From Octopus vulgaris (Eukaryota), in NCBI GenBank assembly GCA_951406725.2, contig OX597815.1:173290001-173354000 (forward strand): a stretch of 64,000 nt of DNA, read 5' to 3'. Positions 13,296 to 28,518 of this stretch are shown in pieces (within the stretch, counting starts at the first letter, position 1; each line of letters opens with the position of its first letter). A model generated the notes under the pieces. That model saw only the letters and a list, made by a program, of their open reading frames with translations, had not been told where the DNA came from and did no database searches. Position numbers and translations under genes: made by a program.

Positions 13296-16200
13296 CTATG
13301 AAAACAAAAAAAAAAATATATATATATATATATAAATAAAATTTTAACAAACTCACACAAAAGAGAAGAAAATATATTAGTTTTAGCAGGATCAATGGAA
13401 AATAATATATGTGACAGTGATGAAATATTACATACAAATATAAGGAATGAATTCCTGAAACTGAGGAATATTAAAAAGGAAAATATATTGACTGAAGAGA
13501 AATATTATTCACTTACACATTATCAGATTTCGAGAAAAGAGTATATGAAATTTGCTAGTGTTGGTGATATTAGATTTATAGATATTCAGATCTTTCATAG
13601 TTACAGCAAATTGTATTCTAATACAATGTGCTTAAAAAATGTAAAAGAAAAAAGAAGAAAAAAACCCCCAAAAAACTTCATTCCTAACTCAAGCAGTTCA
13701 AATTTTTATTCCTTATTGATATCTTCCCAAAAGCATAAAAACTCGTATGGTCCATCACATCTCCAAGAAAGGAAACTTGTGATCCCACTAAGTACCATGC
13801 TGTTCTCTATAATTTTGATAGTTCCAAGATTGTAGATGCAATTATCAATGTGCATTTAGGTGATTATGTATCAAAGTTTACCTGGGCTAAAAACCAGATG
13901 AATTAACTCTGAGGTATAGTCCACATGAAACACAATATTTAATTTAGTGCTAACATATTTAATGCAGTTGCGAATATAAAAAAACAACACAACAACCCAT
14001 TTTAAAAAACTTAGTCGAGAAGCATTGTAATTAGCTCAATGACTATCAAAAAAATTTTGGTAAGCATGAGAGACAATACAGGGTATATTTTGGCCTTACT
14101 AGACCTTTTCAGTGAAGCGGAATGTCTAAGATTGAGATATACATGCAATCGTCTTCCATACTTGTTGAAAAGATTAAAATATTAGTAATCATTGAGGTAA
14201 TAAAGTCCTTCTCATTATATAAATATTTCCCACTGGATTGTTGATGCTCATAGCATTAATATGTCAACATAAATCTAAATAGACAGACAGTAGCCTAAGA
14301 AAACAATAATATTAGCAAAGGATTTGATAAAATACAACATAAAAATCTTAAGGACAAACTTCCTGTGCATTAAGGTTAGAAATAATTGCCTAAATTCCTA
14401 TTATTTTCTACTGCTCATTCCAATTAGTCTTGTGTGAATGGTAATCTTGCAATCCTTCCCCATGTCAGCTTAAACAATATCTAAAGAATTCATCATGATA
14501 ATTCTTTTTCTTTTATCAAGAACTCTGTCAATTCCATATATTACAAGACTTTCTTCTACATACCCTAAATTCAGTGATCTGGCTATGGTTAACACCAGCT
14601 ACTTCTATCATATGTGTGTGCGTTTGTGTATATCTATATCCACTCCTTCCATTAAGACTTTCATAAGATACAACTATCTAGTTACATTTAACAATGCAAA
14701 AAGCTAATATTAAGAACTGTACCATGCTTCCAATTATCACACACACACACACAAAGCTACACTGAGTTCTCATATTCCTAGTACTTCTAAAATTATTTCA
14801 AGATGACCTGGTTTCTGATTTAATGAACTGAGAAGCTGTTCATTATCTACAATGTCAAAAATACACACACACAGATGTGCTGAATGATTCTGGGTTTGAT
14901 CCTGCCACATAGCAATTTAGGCTATTGTGTTCTACTATAACATCAGATTGGCTATTACTTCGTGAATGAAATTTGGTAGACCAGAAACTGTGCAGAATTC
15001 CAACATATTATCTTACATTCACTTTTCCTGCTGGTATGAGTAAGACAGGTTGACAAGATCTGAGTCAGTTCTTATTTCGAGTTACTGCTCTCTTGGACTA
15101 ATTAGATGATCATGTTTACTTGTATATTTTATTTTGGCATGGCTTCTACATTTGGATGCCCTTCCCAAACACTGTGGATTTTATTTTGGCAGCAGTACAA
15201 GAGTTCAAGAGACTGTCATGCCTTTGAAAGACAAGACTAAGAGTCCTCTTCAATACACATCGTTTTAGGTTGTTAATACTGGTCCTCTTCATGAGAGATT
15301 GTCTTAGGTTGTTCACCAAGAGAGTGCATTAGGTGCATTTTATCTTGGGAACAGCACCAATAAGGTTACCATGTCCCCTGAAAGATAAAAGGCATCCTTA
15401 CTGCTCTTCATTGTCTCCATTCAAATAGAGTAAAAGAGAGGGCGACTGCAGAATATCAACTAGGAGAAAAAAGCAAATAAGTGAGGGTGAGAGAGAGAGA
15501 GAGTATGTGTATTCATGATGTGACCTACCATTTCCCATAACTTAGCAGTTAAAAATTGTTAAAATAAATACCAGACTTAAAAGAAATCCTGGGGCCAATA
15601 TGATCAACTAAAACACCTGGAGGCAATGCTACAGCATAGCTGCAGATCAATGAATGAAATCAGCAAAAGAACATTTATAACAGGTGGGGAACACTTCTAA
15701 TTACTGGATTCTAAACTGTTCATAGAGGAGGGAAAGAAAAATGCCTGGTCAGCAAACAAACTTATTCAAATATTTTATCCTGCTACAGAGATTAAATGGA
15801 TTTTATCAAAGACAAATTATCAGTTAAAGCTCATCTTCAATCGAAGATACCTATAGTGATTGCTTCTCACTATCCATATTGTGATTGTCTCCAAAAATTG
15901 CCCATCATATATTCAGCTAGAATGTTTTCAAAAGTCCCTGCTTGAAAAGTTAACATCATAGCTTAGAAATAGACAGCATGTTTTAATATATATATTTTTA
16001 TTTCCACTCTGATTTATATCAATGCAGAGCCTCACTAAACAACTAATTTTAGTAATTATCTTTAAGATATTTAATCCAACATTGATTATCAAAAAGGCTT
16101 TATAATGTTATTTCAAATCAGTTTAATTCATTGTCACTGATTTCAAATACCAATGTATTTAGCAAGCATGAATGCTTGATTTTAATATTACTAGAATTTA

Positions 16201-18029
16201 CCATAGACATTTTTGAACCTCACATAAAATAGCAGTTGGTAAAAACTGTATTCAACAAGCCATATTTAATTAAATTTTCCAAGTGCTACAGCAATGTAAA
16301 AGCGATTCAAACTTGAATAAAAGATGGATAGTTGAGTAGATATTTAAAACTGTAATTTGTGACAACCAAAACTCAAGTAGATCAATAAAAATTGAGAACG
16401 TACAATGTATAGAGTTTAGTATATAGGACTAAATAAAAGGTTGATTTCCTTTATGTTGCCATCTGAAACCAATAACGAAGTGCTCACAATGGATATAGAG
16501 GTGAAGAAAGCTCAATCAAAGGATTAATCGAACATAAAATTGAATCATGTAATATTTACAATTTAATCTTGAAAGGAAAAGAATGAAAAGTCCTCAGAAC
16601 ATCATGATTGTTCTTTTATTGATTGCCAAGCAGAAATTGGCAACATCCTGTATATAAAATTAAAAACATTTAACTAAATTTAAAAAAAGGAGAGGCAAAA
16701 ATGATCTTAATAATGGTAGAATAGTTTGTCATTCTTACCACGATCAAACTTTAAACATACTTCCTATTTTTTAAACTTTGGGATTTACTTTTCGTTCATA
16801 AGAAATGCAAAAAATATCATGAATAGATTGAAAGCAGCAATTCAAAATAAACATGAATTGCATTTATAGCTTATGAGCAAGGAATAACCATGTTTCAATA
16901 AAAAGTATACTTGCTATAGAAATCACTTTTAAAAAGAACAGGTATTTTGATTATGCACCTCACAACATGATTCTAACCAGTACGGCATGAATTCTTTCAG
17001 AAGTTATTTGTTACTATCATGAGATAGCAGGGAAATTTAGAGGAAAACAGCATTGATAACCATCTGAATTATAAAAAATGAAATATTCTTACATTCACTG
17101 TGCCATTGTGTTTTCTGTCATGTTCATTTGTATTATTATTATTTTTGTCATATTTATGAAATAAAGGTGTTTATGCATAAATGTCAAGCTATTTTGATGC
17201 TAAATGATTTGTACACATGTATACATCTCAACCCTGTGCAATATAACATATCAAATGCATCCATGAAGAAAGATAAATGTTTTGGGAGATCAGTTAATTT
17301 CCACAAATAAGAAAATGGATGACAGCATCTAAAATAATCATAGAATACAAACGTTATTTTCCCAAAAGAACTCTCAAATTATACTCATAAACTGTTGGTA
17401 CCACCATGAGTTAGAAATGATCAGTGATATAACAGTAATAAGTAACTGAATGAATGACAAAAAATTTTTTTATCAAGAACACAAATGTTTAGAAGTAGGA
17501 ACAAAGAGGCTTCCTTTGTTTCTTTAGGTTGAATTTCAAAGAACAAAATAACATCATAGATGCAGTTGTCTGATTTTTGTTTTGGAAAAGGTAGTGCAAT
17601 AATTAAAGATGAATTCAATTAACAACAATAAACTTTTGTCTACAACTGTTTGTCTGTTTTTAAGAATTCTAAGATAATGTACAGAATTAAGTAAAATTAC
17701 AATTTATTATTAATGAATGACTGTTTCAAACTTTGGCACAAGCCATGTATTTTGAAAGAGAAGAATGATCAAGTTAATCATTCTCAGTTTTGACAAGTAT
17801 CTATTTAATTGATGTGAAAAGAATAAAAGGCAAAGTCAGTCAGTCCTTGGCAATGATTTAAACTCAACATATAAACTATAACAACAAAATACTGAAAATA
17901 TTTTGTCTTGTGTTCTAGCTGTTTTACCATGTCAACTTACTGAAAATCTTCAACATGACTGCTGTCTCCATAGCATAGTATGCCATATCTCAAAATATGA
18001 CAATGTGTTTATTTTACAGTGATATTTGT

Positions 18030-19249
18030 TTGAAGTCTGTCCAAAGATAAATCAAACATTAAACCTACATGCCAACCAGACTGTGCAGCATGTTCAGAAT
18101 TGCAGTGCTGTATATAGGTGACCTTGACTTTCAGCCAGTCTTGCCTACATTTGCTAGAGTGAATACAATCATCTCCAAAGATGTTCAGATTTGGGATTGT
18201 CTTCAGTTGCAAGTTGAACAATGTAAGATTTGGAACAGTAATGTGGTTATGAGAAATTGTTTTAAGACTTTTGTGAAAACTTTTCTAATGTTGCAACAAA
18301 CCCTTATGTTGGACTGTTTGAGCTGCATGCAATGCCACAAGGAGTACAAGCATTTCAAATTGGGAAGAACATCTACCAAAAACAATCTGATCATGAAAGT
18401 GCATAGAGTGATGCATGTAAATTGTCACCAAATGATTTGTAAAATTTCCAAAGAAAGAAACATCTGTGAAAGTTCATGCCATGTGATTTTCGAAGTTGGT
18501 GCTATGTCAACTAACAAATGAACAAGGAAAAAAAATTTTACAGCCAGTCAGAAACTGTTTAACAGCTTGAATGCAATGAATGAAAACATAACGTGATGGA
18601 ATGTAAGAATAGGGCTACAACGTCAAAGCAAATAGGCAGCTGTTACAGTGGGTTGGATCAATGTTGCCATAACGAAAAAGATAAGTACAAGAGAGTTGTT
18701 CAAATGTGAAGGTGATGTTGGCCACTTTTTTCTTTTTTTATTTCTATTGGAGAGTTGTCGAGCATTATGATTTTGTTCTACATGATCTGACAAATAAGGT
18801 GTTTTTGTTGGATGTTCTGAAGCATCTATGAGAGGCAATGTAAAGGAAGAGAAGAGGAGCTTGGATGACAAAACCTAGATGCTGCACCATGACAATGTAC
18901 CTGCTCGTGCTTCACTCCTTGTCTATAACTTTTTAGTCAAGTACAAAACCACTCTCATTCCCCAGCTGCCTTACTCTCTGGTTTGGTCTCTACAGACTAT
19001 CTTTCCCCAAATTGAAATTCACTCTGAAAGGTCACAGATTTTAAATGATAAAAATCAAGGAAAATTTGTAACAAGAACTGATTACTACCTCTGCCACTGT
19101 AAAGGCATTCCAGAACTGGAAAACCTTGGGAGCTGAGGAAACTATTTTGAAGGAGATAAATATGATTAATAGTAGGTGAAGAAAAATAAAAAAAAAAATT
19201 TTATTTAAAGATTCTGGTGGTTTTTTTTTATATTTTGGATAGATCTTGT
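18030..19249 (+). mobile_element. Degenerate mariner (Tc1/mariner) DNA transposon, ~1.2 kb
   Basis: Remnant MLHHDNVPARASLLVYNFL...IPQLPYS..W..DYLFP.LKFTLKGHRF (HDNA and YSPDLAP.D motifs). Decayed TIRs gaagtctgtccaaa / tttggatagatctt; many stops and frameshifts. Confidence 0.85.
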
Positions 19250-22200
19250 TGGCTAACATATCAATGCAATTAATAGCTGAGAATGACAAATTGTAGGATG
19301 TGTTTGAAGAAAAATAACAGTGAAGAAAATATTTAAAAAGTATCTTTTCACAATAAAAAATTACACTAAAGTTTTGTTAATTTCTGTTATTTGATTGTGA
19401 TATTAAGTACTTGATAAAAATGCTTTAAGTTTGACATTTACAATTGATAAGATTAGTGTGACAAGAAAATGAAAATTTCATGCCATTTTCAAGAGCATCA
19501 TTGACTTAGACAAAACATTTTCAGGTGAGTTCTTAAAAGAAGTTTATATCGGCATAATGGTATCTAGTAACAATATTTGATAACAATGAAAAAGCTATGC
19601 CTATCGTTTTACATAAAATATACTTAATTTTATTGTTCATTCTACTCAATGTTTAAATATGGTGACAGCATACTGACAACCAATTCATTACTGGATTTTT
19701 AGAGCAACAACTTGGAGATAAATTTACTTCAGCAATATAAACTATTTTTTTTAAAACACCAAAAGATAAAATAAGCTGAAACAAATCTATTAATTGATCA
19801 AATTTATTAAATAACTAAATTACAAATCTGTAGTCATTATTGTGATGGACAACATACACACTTCAGATTTTAAGGATAAACTATTATATTGGACTGTAAT
19901 TTTGCAAATCGGTTAAAGAGACCAAGGTTGAAAAATATTAAAATCCATTCAACCAACAAATGGATGACATACCTTGTATTTTCACAACACGGAATTTTTA
20001 GTTTATAAAGTTTTGTAGATAAAGCAAAACATTAATTAATAAATACAGGATATCATGCATCGGACACACTAATTGCTTTGCAAACAGAACATCTGTTAAT
20101 TTATATGGCAGCAATCTAGGAACGGATATTAAACCAAAAGTTTAATGGGTGGGGGAATCCCACAGAGCCTTATCAACAATAGTAAAACAATCATCAATAA
20201 AGCTATATTTTCTGTTAATAAAGATTCACAATAAACCAGAAGAGAAATAAGGGGAAAAAAATGATAAGCAGATTATAACCTTAGATGTAAATTCAGTAAT
20301 AATGATTTATTACAGAATTCACAGTGAGATATAAAGCAATGCAAGTAAATACCATAAGGCATTATGTCTAACACTATTGATTCTCTTGATCTACCATACT
20401 GAGTTAAGTAATAATGATTTCTAACTTAGCTATAAAACAAAAAATTTCGAGGAGGGAACAGGCAATTAAATCAACCTTAGAACTTGACTGATGCTTTATT
20501 TCATCAACATCAGAAGAATGAAAAGCAAAAATCTCTCAAGGCAAGATTTGAAATCAGAATGTGGAGAGGTATAACTATAAGTATACTATAAGGCAAAAAA
20601 ACGTACATAGAATACAGTTGTTTCTTGGCTTTTACTTAGTAAATAAAAAGAATATGCTTATAATTGTTGATCCCCATATGAAATGGAGAAAAGAAAACAA
20701 TTATGTATTTCATTCTGAAACAAATAAAGATTCAAGGATATATTATTGGGAAATTATTTAATCAATAAAAAGAAACACCAAGCAAATGAATCTCCACTGA
20801 AATACAAATGAGAAGCTATTTAATAAAGTCTTTGCTTGTATATAGTAGATCAAAAACATATTTGTGATAATTATTTTATTATAAATGTTTCCTATTATGG
20901 ACAACAAATCAACATGTTTGAGACAATGGATATCAGTTTACAAAATAAAAATAGTAAGACGTTCAGCTCAAGTTAGAAGTCATACTGAATTTTATATGTA
21001 GAAGGAAATAAAATAACATTTAGTTTGCTCTCTTATAGATAAAATGATGCTTGCTTAATCCTGAGAACATGTTGATAACTACCAATCATACATTTTTTCT
21101 TACTTATACACCATCTAATGGGTATTGGTTTACCAAAATGCCCCCATAAAGTTTTATTTACTGTGTTAAGCATGGTCTGGTTTGGTGGTATCAACTGATT
21201 TAATTTACTGGAAATAGCTAGTACAAGGCCAAATTTTGAAATAAATAGAGGATGTAGACAACTGATTCAACCTCAGTATACTTGCACTTATTTTACTGAT
21301 TCTAAGAGTATGAAAACTAAGAACAAATGAGTGTAGGATGTCTATAAAGTTAATAGATTTGCTTCACAACTATGTGATTCTGTCTTTGATTCCACAGTGA
21401 GGCAATTTGGACAAGTGTCTTTTATTCTTATATCATTACAAGTTGACAAATACTTGTGAGTGAAATTTGGTAGATGGAAATTTGTTGTATGTGTGTATTT
21501 TGCTGATATAAGTGAAAAATTGCTGCTCTTCAAAAGAAGTCTTTGTACAAATTTACAGATGTTTCCCTGACATCCTTGCAATGCTAAATGCAATGAACCA
21601 GTAATTGGCCCATTGAAAACCTGTAACCATCAATGCTATTGTTCACAAATTGTGGTATAAAATAAATAAATGGAAAATACTTTAATGCATCTAATACTTA
21701 ATTAACTTCACAAATTTCTATCATCCTAACATTAATATTAAATTAAGCAGATAAAAACAAACAAAACATTGAAATCAAATAGAATGAAGTAGGTTAATCT
21801 TTTGTAGAAATGAAATGGAGTTGAGCCAACTAGAGGTAATGATCAACGTTTTTGATGATTTCTAAACAAAGACATTATTGCTAAATGTTTTAGATATTTG
21901 AAATGCTTTGAAGTTTTATGAATTGCTATTAGGTTAAGAAGAATGTGACATAAAACAAGAGCAATGTCAATTTTATTTTAATTTGTATGAATATTAATTA
22001 AAGTAAATAAAATATTTATATGGATCTTTTAATTGATATGAAGCAACAAGATCAAACCTGTATCAGTATTGAATCTGCAATCTCAGTTGAAAATCATAGT
22101 CTTATTATCTATTATCTAAAATAAACTTTATTAATTGATTTTGTTTAGCAGTACTGGCTTGATCTTGCTCTAATAGGAAGTATAATTAGCATCTGTAGGC

Positions 22201-22456
22201 ATTTTCTACTAATGTAATATAAATCCTGTGTAAAACCTATCAAAATGAATAACAAGCTGACTGGAATACCTAGAGAAGGTGAGTGCCAAAGTATACAGAT
22301 AAAATATCAAATAAGTTTTAATAAATTTTCTTTGAAAATAATACTCATTCACAAAACTCTCATTATATATCTAAGACTCCAAGAACATTTTTCTTCAATG
22401 GCTTTACATATATATATATATATAAATATAACTATTCTGTTTCACTGTCTATTTTG

Positions 22457-22488
<32 letters not shown>

Positions 22489-24344
22489 AAAAATGGTAAG
22501 CTTTCTTTTACATGAAAACAGATGTTATCTAGCTAGTTTGGTGCATGTTGAGGTTCCAGTGAAGCAGGAAGTACAGACCAGGTTATAATTAGAAGATTTC
22601 ATGAACAAATTCTGATTTTTTTTTTAGAGTAATGGTAATCATTGAGCAGGTAGGAAATATAATACTGTTACAAAATTCATTCCTCCCTACTAATAGCCTT
22701 ATGAAATATCAATACAAAAAATAAAATTGGAATTACTGCTATGTACTTTTTATCTTTTCCAAGAAGGAACAAAAAATTAAAAACTTATATTTAGCAACTA
22801 ATACTTGATATAATATTCTGTCTTAAGAGACTGATTGGAATAATTCTTAAATCTGATTCCACAAGAAGAATATATATAAATAAGTACCAAGGTCTTGTTA
22901 TCAGGCAGACAGTTAACCCAAAAGCTATATTTGCAACTAAAACATTCCATTTGGTAAATTTTTAGGTTGTCTTTTAATGCAAAGAAATTGGAAACATAAA
23001 AATATAACATTGAAAGACCATAAATAAATATGTTACGAATAATATAAACAAATTCTTGATGTTTTCTAATTTATGATTGAGATTGAAATGACTGCTACTG
23101 TTTAAATATTTTATTTCAAGAAGAATGCGACTAAGCAGAAAGTTATGACCAGAGAGAATTTAGCATACAATTCATCATATCTAATTAGCAGAGACAGATA
23201 ATATGTTTAATAACTTTGATAAGTAGTCAACAGAAGGTTTTATATAACAAGAGAATTTGTACATAACAATGCACAAGCTAAGTATAAATATACAAATAAA
23301 AAAACCCACACCAAATTTTGAATAAGCAAAAACAAAATAACAAGAAAATTGCAAGCAGGGCTAGACAAGACAAACACTAAGAATGAGGAAGAATGATTTA
23401 AAAATAGTTAATAGTTAAAATAAATTTGTTTGTACATGAATTATGAAGAAAAACAGAATTGGACAGTATTTGGCTGTATATTTGCAGATGAATCAGAAAT
23501 AGTTTCATAATAGTGGAAAAAGAATCAACTATCCCCACAAAATTGATATATGATCTATTCAGAAAATTAAAGACACTCCATTCTCTTGCTTCTAGGTAGA
23601 TTTTGAAGCTTAAGATACTTTGACTTCAGGTTATCTCTCATATTCACAGACAGACAGAAACTACAATGTCATTAGTAGGGATTTATTAATTTTCAAGTTT
23701 AATTATAAACAGCAGTAAAAACTAGTAATAAACATACTTTCCTAAATATAAAGTTTATCCAATGCATTCAAACTTTTATGACACGAGTAGTTCCATTTAA
23801 CTGATCACAATTGAAAAAGATGAAGGTTTTCAGCAAAATATTTGGGTCAAAGATATAAAAAAATTAGCAAAATGAAAAGAGAGTTGTAGACTAATAATAC
23901 TGTAATATCTATGTAAATAGAAGTTATATCATTTTAGATTAAAGGGATTTTAAAGAATAAATCAAGAATAGAAAATTCAAAGAGCTCTATATATTATTTA
24001 CTTATTACTAATGCATTGGAAATTAATCCTTCCCATTGACAAATTTAACTGTTTCTCTATTATGAAAAAAGGAAAAAAAAAATTCTCAAGTAAGCTAACT
24101 GCAAAGATAAAATAAATACCAAATTCTAGTTAAAAAACAGGAAAAAAGAACATTTAATAAGTAGTGATATTTTACCACAGTTTGAACCTGTAATTAAAAT
24201 GAAGATTGAATGTTAAGTTAATTATCTAATACTCAAACAAGCAGTGTAGTTAGTGATCTTACTGGATGTACAAATTCAAATGACGGTAAAAATGTGAATC
24301 CAAGCTTTAAGAAAGCAGAAGACAGGAGATTGTTACACAACCCC

Positions 24345-24665
24345 ATTTTATTGTTAGTGACTTTGAGTTGAAAGGTGAAGGTGTATGCTACATGTGCCAT
24401 GATTTATGGGAGCAATACATGGGTGGGGTAATGAACATGAAACAGCAGAAAAGGTTGGAGAGAATCTGGATGAGCAATTATCATTGAGAAAGAGAGAAGA
24501 CAAACAATCAATTGCAGATAATGATTGGAATAGAGCTAGTGATGAATGTTGTCAATAGAAATGAGATGAAATGGTTGGTCATGTACAGAGTAAAGATGAA
24601 AGTGACTGAGTAAAATGGAGGAGGAAATGAAGGCAAGAGAGGTTGGATATAAAGGCCGGCATAGA
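24345..24665 (+). mobile_element. Highly decayed RTE-like LINE fragment
   Basis: Remnants resembling KVKVYATC...YGSNTW...KRLER...W.GHVQ in the same order as the 10920-12075 element. Confidence 0.5.
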
Positions 24666-27600
24666 AAATGAACTTCAAAGTCTTTTACATGTATTACTGA
24701 AAAGACAAACTAAATAAAACTTTCATGTTTTGTTAATATTAGCAAAAGCGCTAGTTAAATATATATACAATAGCTGTTCAGTGGGTTCAATATTAATAGA
24801 AAAAAGTTGCTATCTTAATACAAATGACCATTTTACAGATAGTCTAATATTTTATTCATTAGTTTTGGTTATCTTATGTAAACTTTCATTTGATTTAAAA
24901 CAGCTAGCTTTTCCAAATGAATGAATTAGAATTACCCTAGCACTTCCATGTAAATTTTTATGAGTTTAAAGAATGCTACACATATAATGTTCTTTTTCTT
25001 CTAATATAGATTATAAAACTCTCTACAAAGCTCATGAAACCCACTATGGAGTGCTACTTCAAGAACTGGGATGGACAGTGCTATTACTACATGCACAAGA
25101 TGGCCACTGAACTGATTGGCTTGAAGTTACTTGCCATCACACTTCACTCTTTGGTTCAGATATGTTGTTTCTTCTCTTGGCTTTTAATACTGCTACTGCA
25201 GTATAAAAAAGTTTCAGACTAGCTTTTCCTACTGCTACTCATCTTATATAACTGTCACTCAATTACCCTAACTCACTTGTCATTCACACTCTTTTCACTC
25301 CTAGGCTTCACGCAAACTACTTCACCTATTCCTTCCTTTCCACAATGTTGGGTCCTACCCATCTTTTTTCAGTAGCTATCAACTGCAAGAGTTCAAAAGA
25401 AATATTAACTGCATGCATTTCAACAGTATTGGAAGGCCTGCATAGCCCTAGCCATTAACTTGCAATGGTTCAAATGAAACATTAACAGCATGCATTTCAA
25501 TAATATTGGAGGGCCTGCATGAAATTGGTACAGTCCTCCACGTTCTTCCTGATGCAACAATTAAAAACAAAAAAAAAATGAAAAATGTTTTACTTTTGGT
25601 CTACTTATAATTCTATGCACAAGTTTCAGGTTGGTTCAGCAAGCTTGAAAACAATGCATACTGTACATTCAAATTGTTTTTAAAAAATGAGTTATATTAT
25701 AGAGGAGAATATTTTGTTCTTCATTATTGGACAAAATTTGTTACTGAGCTTATTTAAGGGTCCAAGAAATTCAGTTAAGCCAACTCTGGATAAAGCTAAT
25801 AAAACTGAAATATATTTGGAGTCAACATACTTTTAAAAATCAGACTTATTCTGTTTGATTCTATACTTAATTCAAGTTTTGGGGTTGTGTCCCTTCCTTC
25901 TTTCTTTTAGATAATGATTTGTTAACACATGAAGGGTGTAATTTTGATTTATTTAATTCTTTTGGCTTACTATATCACATATGCAAGCACCCACTTTATT
26001 ACTTCTATTTTACTGTGCTTCAAGAAGCTGATTTTAAATAGATCTATTAATCAGTAGATTTTCCAACTATCTTCTGGTGTTGCTCAGTTGCATGTCAGAG
26101 AGAGGGAGAGAGGGAGATGATGGAGGGACTAAAATATTTTAAGGAACAGATATAAATATTTGTGTAGAAGAAGCTATATCATGTTCAGTGGTACAGCAAA
26201 AATATTTATTTCATAAGATATTTGTCACACTTCTAGAAATTTCCAGAATATATGCTGATTTTGGAGAAAAGGAGAACTTTTTCTGTTTTAAAATGATGTT
26301 CTGAGCTTTGATTTAATCAATGAAAACTATATTAGGCTGAAATCCACACAAGAGCTGGTATGAATCAGACTCTTTATTTTTTAATGTTCAAACATATGTC
26401 TATATCTCTAATAATAATTAAACAGAAGCAGATGTACATACATTAGAAATTTTAATATTTTATTTCATTGCAATTTATCATTTAAATTATAATATCAGAT
26501 TATAAAATCTTATTTGCTGAAGGGGTTTCAGTGTTGTATTTCTCTTAAGGTTATTAAATTTTTCCTGCATGGTCAAATTATAACTAACTGTTTTGGGATC
26601 AAAGCTACTACGTTGTATCAATCTATGACAAGAGCCTCAAATGTGCACACGGTAGCAACAATAGAATTTCAACATATTTGAACATATTTCTAATTGCCAG
26701 TTGTCTTCCACAATTTGTTTTTCTACTGTGCTCATTAAAATGATCATTTTAAAAATCTGCCCTTCCTTGGGAAACAAGTTTAATTAGCACTACAGACAAC
26801 ACACGATATTGATTTTATTTATGAAGTTTAGACTTCACAGTAAAACTTCACAAACAACTGTTACTGTCTTAAAGAAATTAAATAGAGTGCTTTGTTGTCA
26901 CAAATGTCAATGTTTTGTGTGTTTTGTGTTTTATATAAAATAAAAGGAAATGAATAGTATGCCAAATATGAGTAAACTGTTGGTATAGTATGTAGGTCAT
27001 AATGGCACAAGTTGATATAAAACACCTGATATAAATGATTGTAAATGTAGCATTATGGAAATTGTTGTTATATCAATATGACATGAATTGGAAAGAAATT
27101 GCAAGGTTTACTGAATCGAAATGAAATGACAAGGAAAGAGATTTTCATATAGGAAATATCAGTTTATGTTTGCATTAGTTGGATCTTTATTTGGCAGACA
27201 GCTTTTGTGACAAAGTACCATTTCTTGACACAACCACAGTGATGAAGAAGGAGAAGAATGCATACATTATGAAAGCACTATTGAGGTTGACACTCTGGTC
27301 TCATGAGTCCTCTCTGCATCTCAGCATATTGGTTCTTTTCAGAAGAGTAACTTTGGAAAGGATGCCTTTGTCATATATGCAGCTACATTTCTCTTTCTAA
27401 TAGGCATAAGAGAATCTCTGATTGAGAGTATAGTAAATTAGACAGTAAGAATAAGGAGTGGATGGTAGGAAAGGAATAAAGTCTCAGCATGACAAAGAAA
27501 TGTGCATAATATTGTAGAGAAAGGATAAGAAGGTAATAATCACAATGGCAATAGGTGGAACTATGGAAGATAAAGTAATTAGCTAGAATTAGAGACAATG

Positions 27601-28487
27601 TAATTAATATATGAAAATATAGGGATGCTTCATAACAGATGTTAAAGACAGAGACAACCCTAGGGTTGTGGGCAGACTGAGTAAGCTGAATTTCAGCATG
27701 CTAACAAATATAACTTGAAAATTTGCAAAATTAGGAATTTATTACAATACACTAGCTTAAAAAGAAAATTTAGACACAGCATCAGTGTCAAACCCTTACA
27801 TTAATGCAACAGAGAGAGAGAGAGCAAGAATATGTAAAATTTTGATGCACTTTATAAACAAACATTGAGTAGAGGATGGGTGAATGAAAGAAAGATCAAA
27901 GGATACTATTGATCTCTTGTAGAGGTAATGAGCTTTCTCCATATAAATAACAATTAAAAAAAGCATTCTGAAAAGAAATACATTATTGTAACTTGAAGAT
28001 TTTTTTCTTGATTTTAGATGTGAAAATATTTTCAAAAAACTTTTTATATCAAATTTTTTTCCTTAAAATATTATTTTCTATAGGCAAATTTGTCTCAAAA
28101 TTGACTGTCTTTGTATTTGAATGGTGCCCTTTCGTAAATGGAACTTTGAGCGACTACCTGAGTAGCTGGTATTATCAACTGGCCCCAGAGTGTGGAGATT
28201 CAGAAATTTATAGGCTAATGCATAATGACAATGGTCATAATAAGCAACTATTAACTTTGAAATAAAAAGCAATACAAAAGTTATTCTTCTTACGTTGTCT
28301 TAACATAGATTACTATACCTCAAGGTTGGCATTGACAAGATATACAATCAACAGCAGGCAAAAAAACAGATGGAAAAGCCTTAGTAAGTGGATGAGAGGC
28401 TTGTAAAAACAGTTTTGTATAGCAAGTGTAAGAAGTAAACACACTGATTAAAAGTGTCTGTTTTGTATCGTGTGTGCACATATGCGT

Positions 28488-28518
<31 letters not shown>

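Noticed and set aside
13395-13835. 146-aa plus-strand ORF next to the dystrophin exon
   Set aside because: Antisense, K/N/I-rich composition expected from AT-rich DNA; no recognisable motif.
16739-16830. Donor GTG|gtaaga at 16739
   Set aside because: Stops lie close upstream in all frames; no supporting exon.
19973-20110. Strong donor AAG|gtatgt at 19973
   Set aside because: No ATG-open frame reaches it in any phase; it could only be a non-coding exon, which the sequence alone cannot support.
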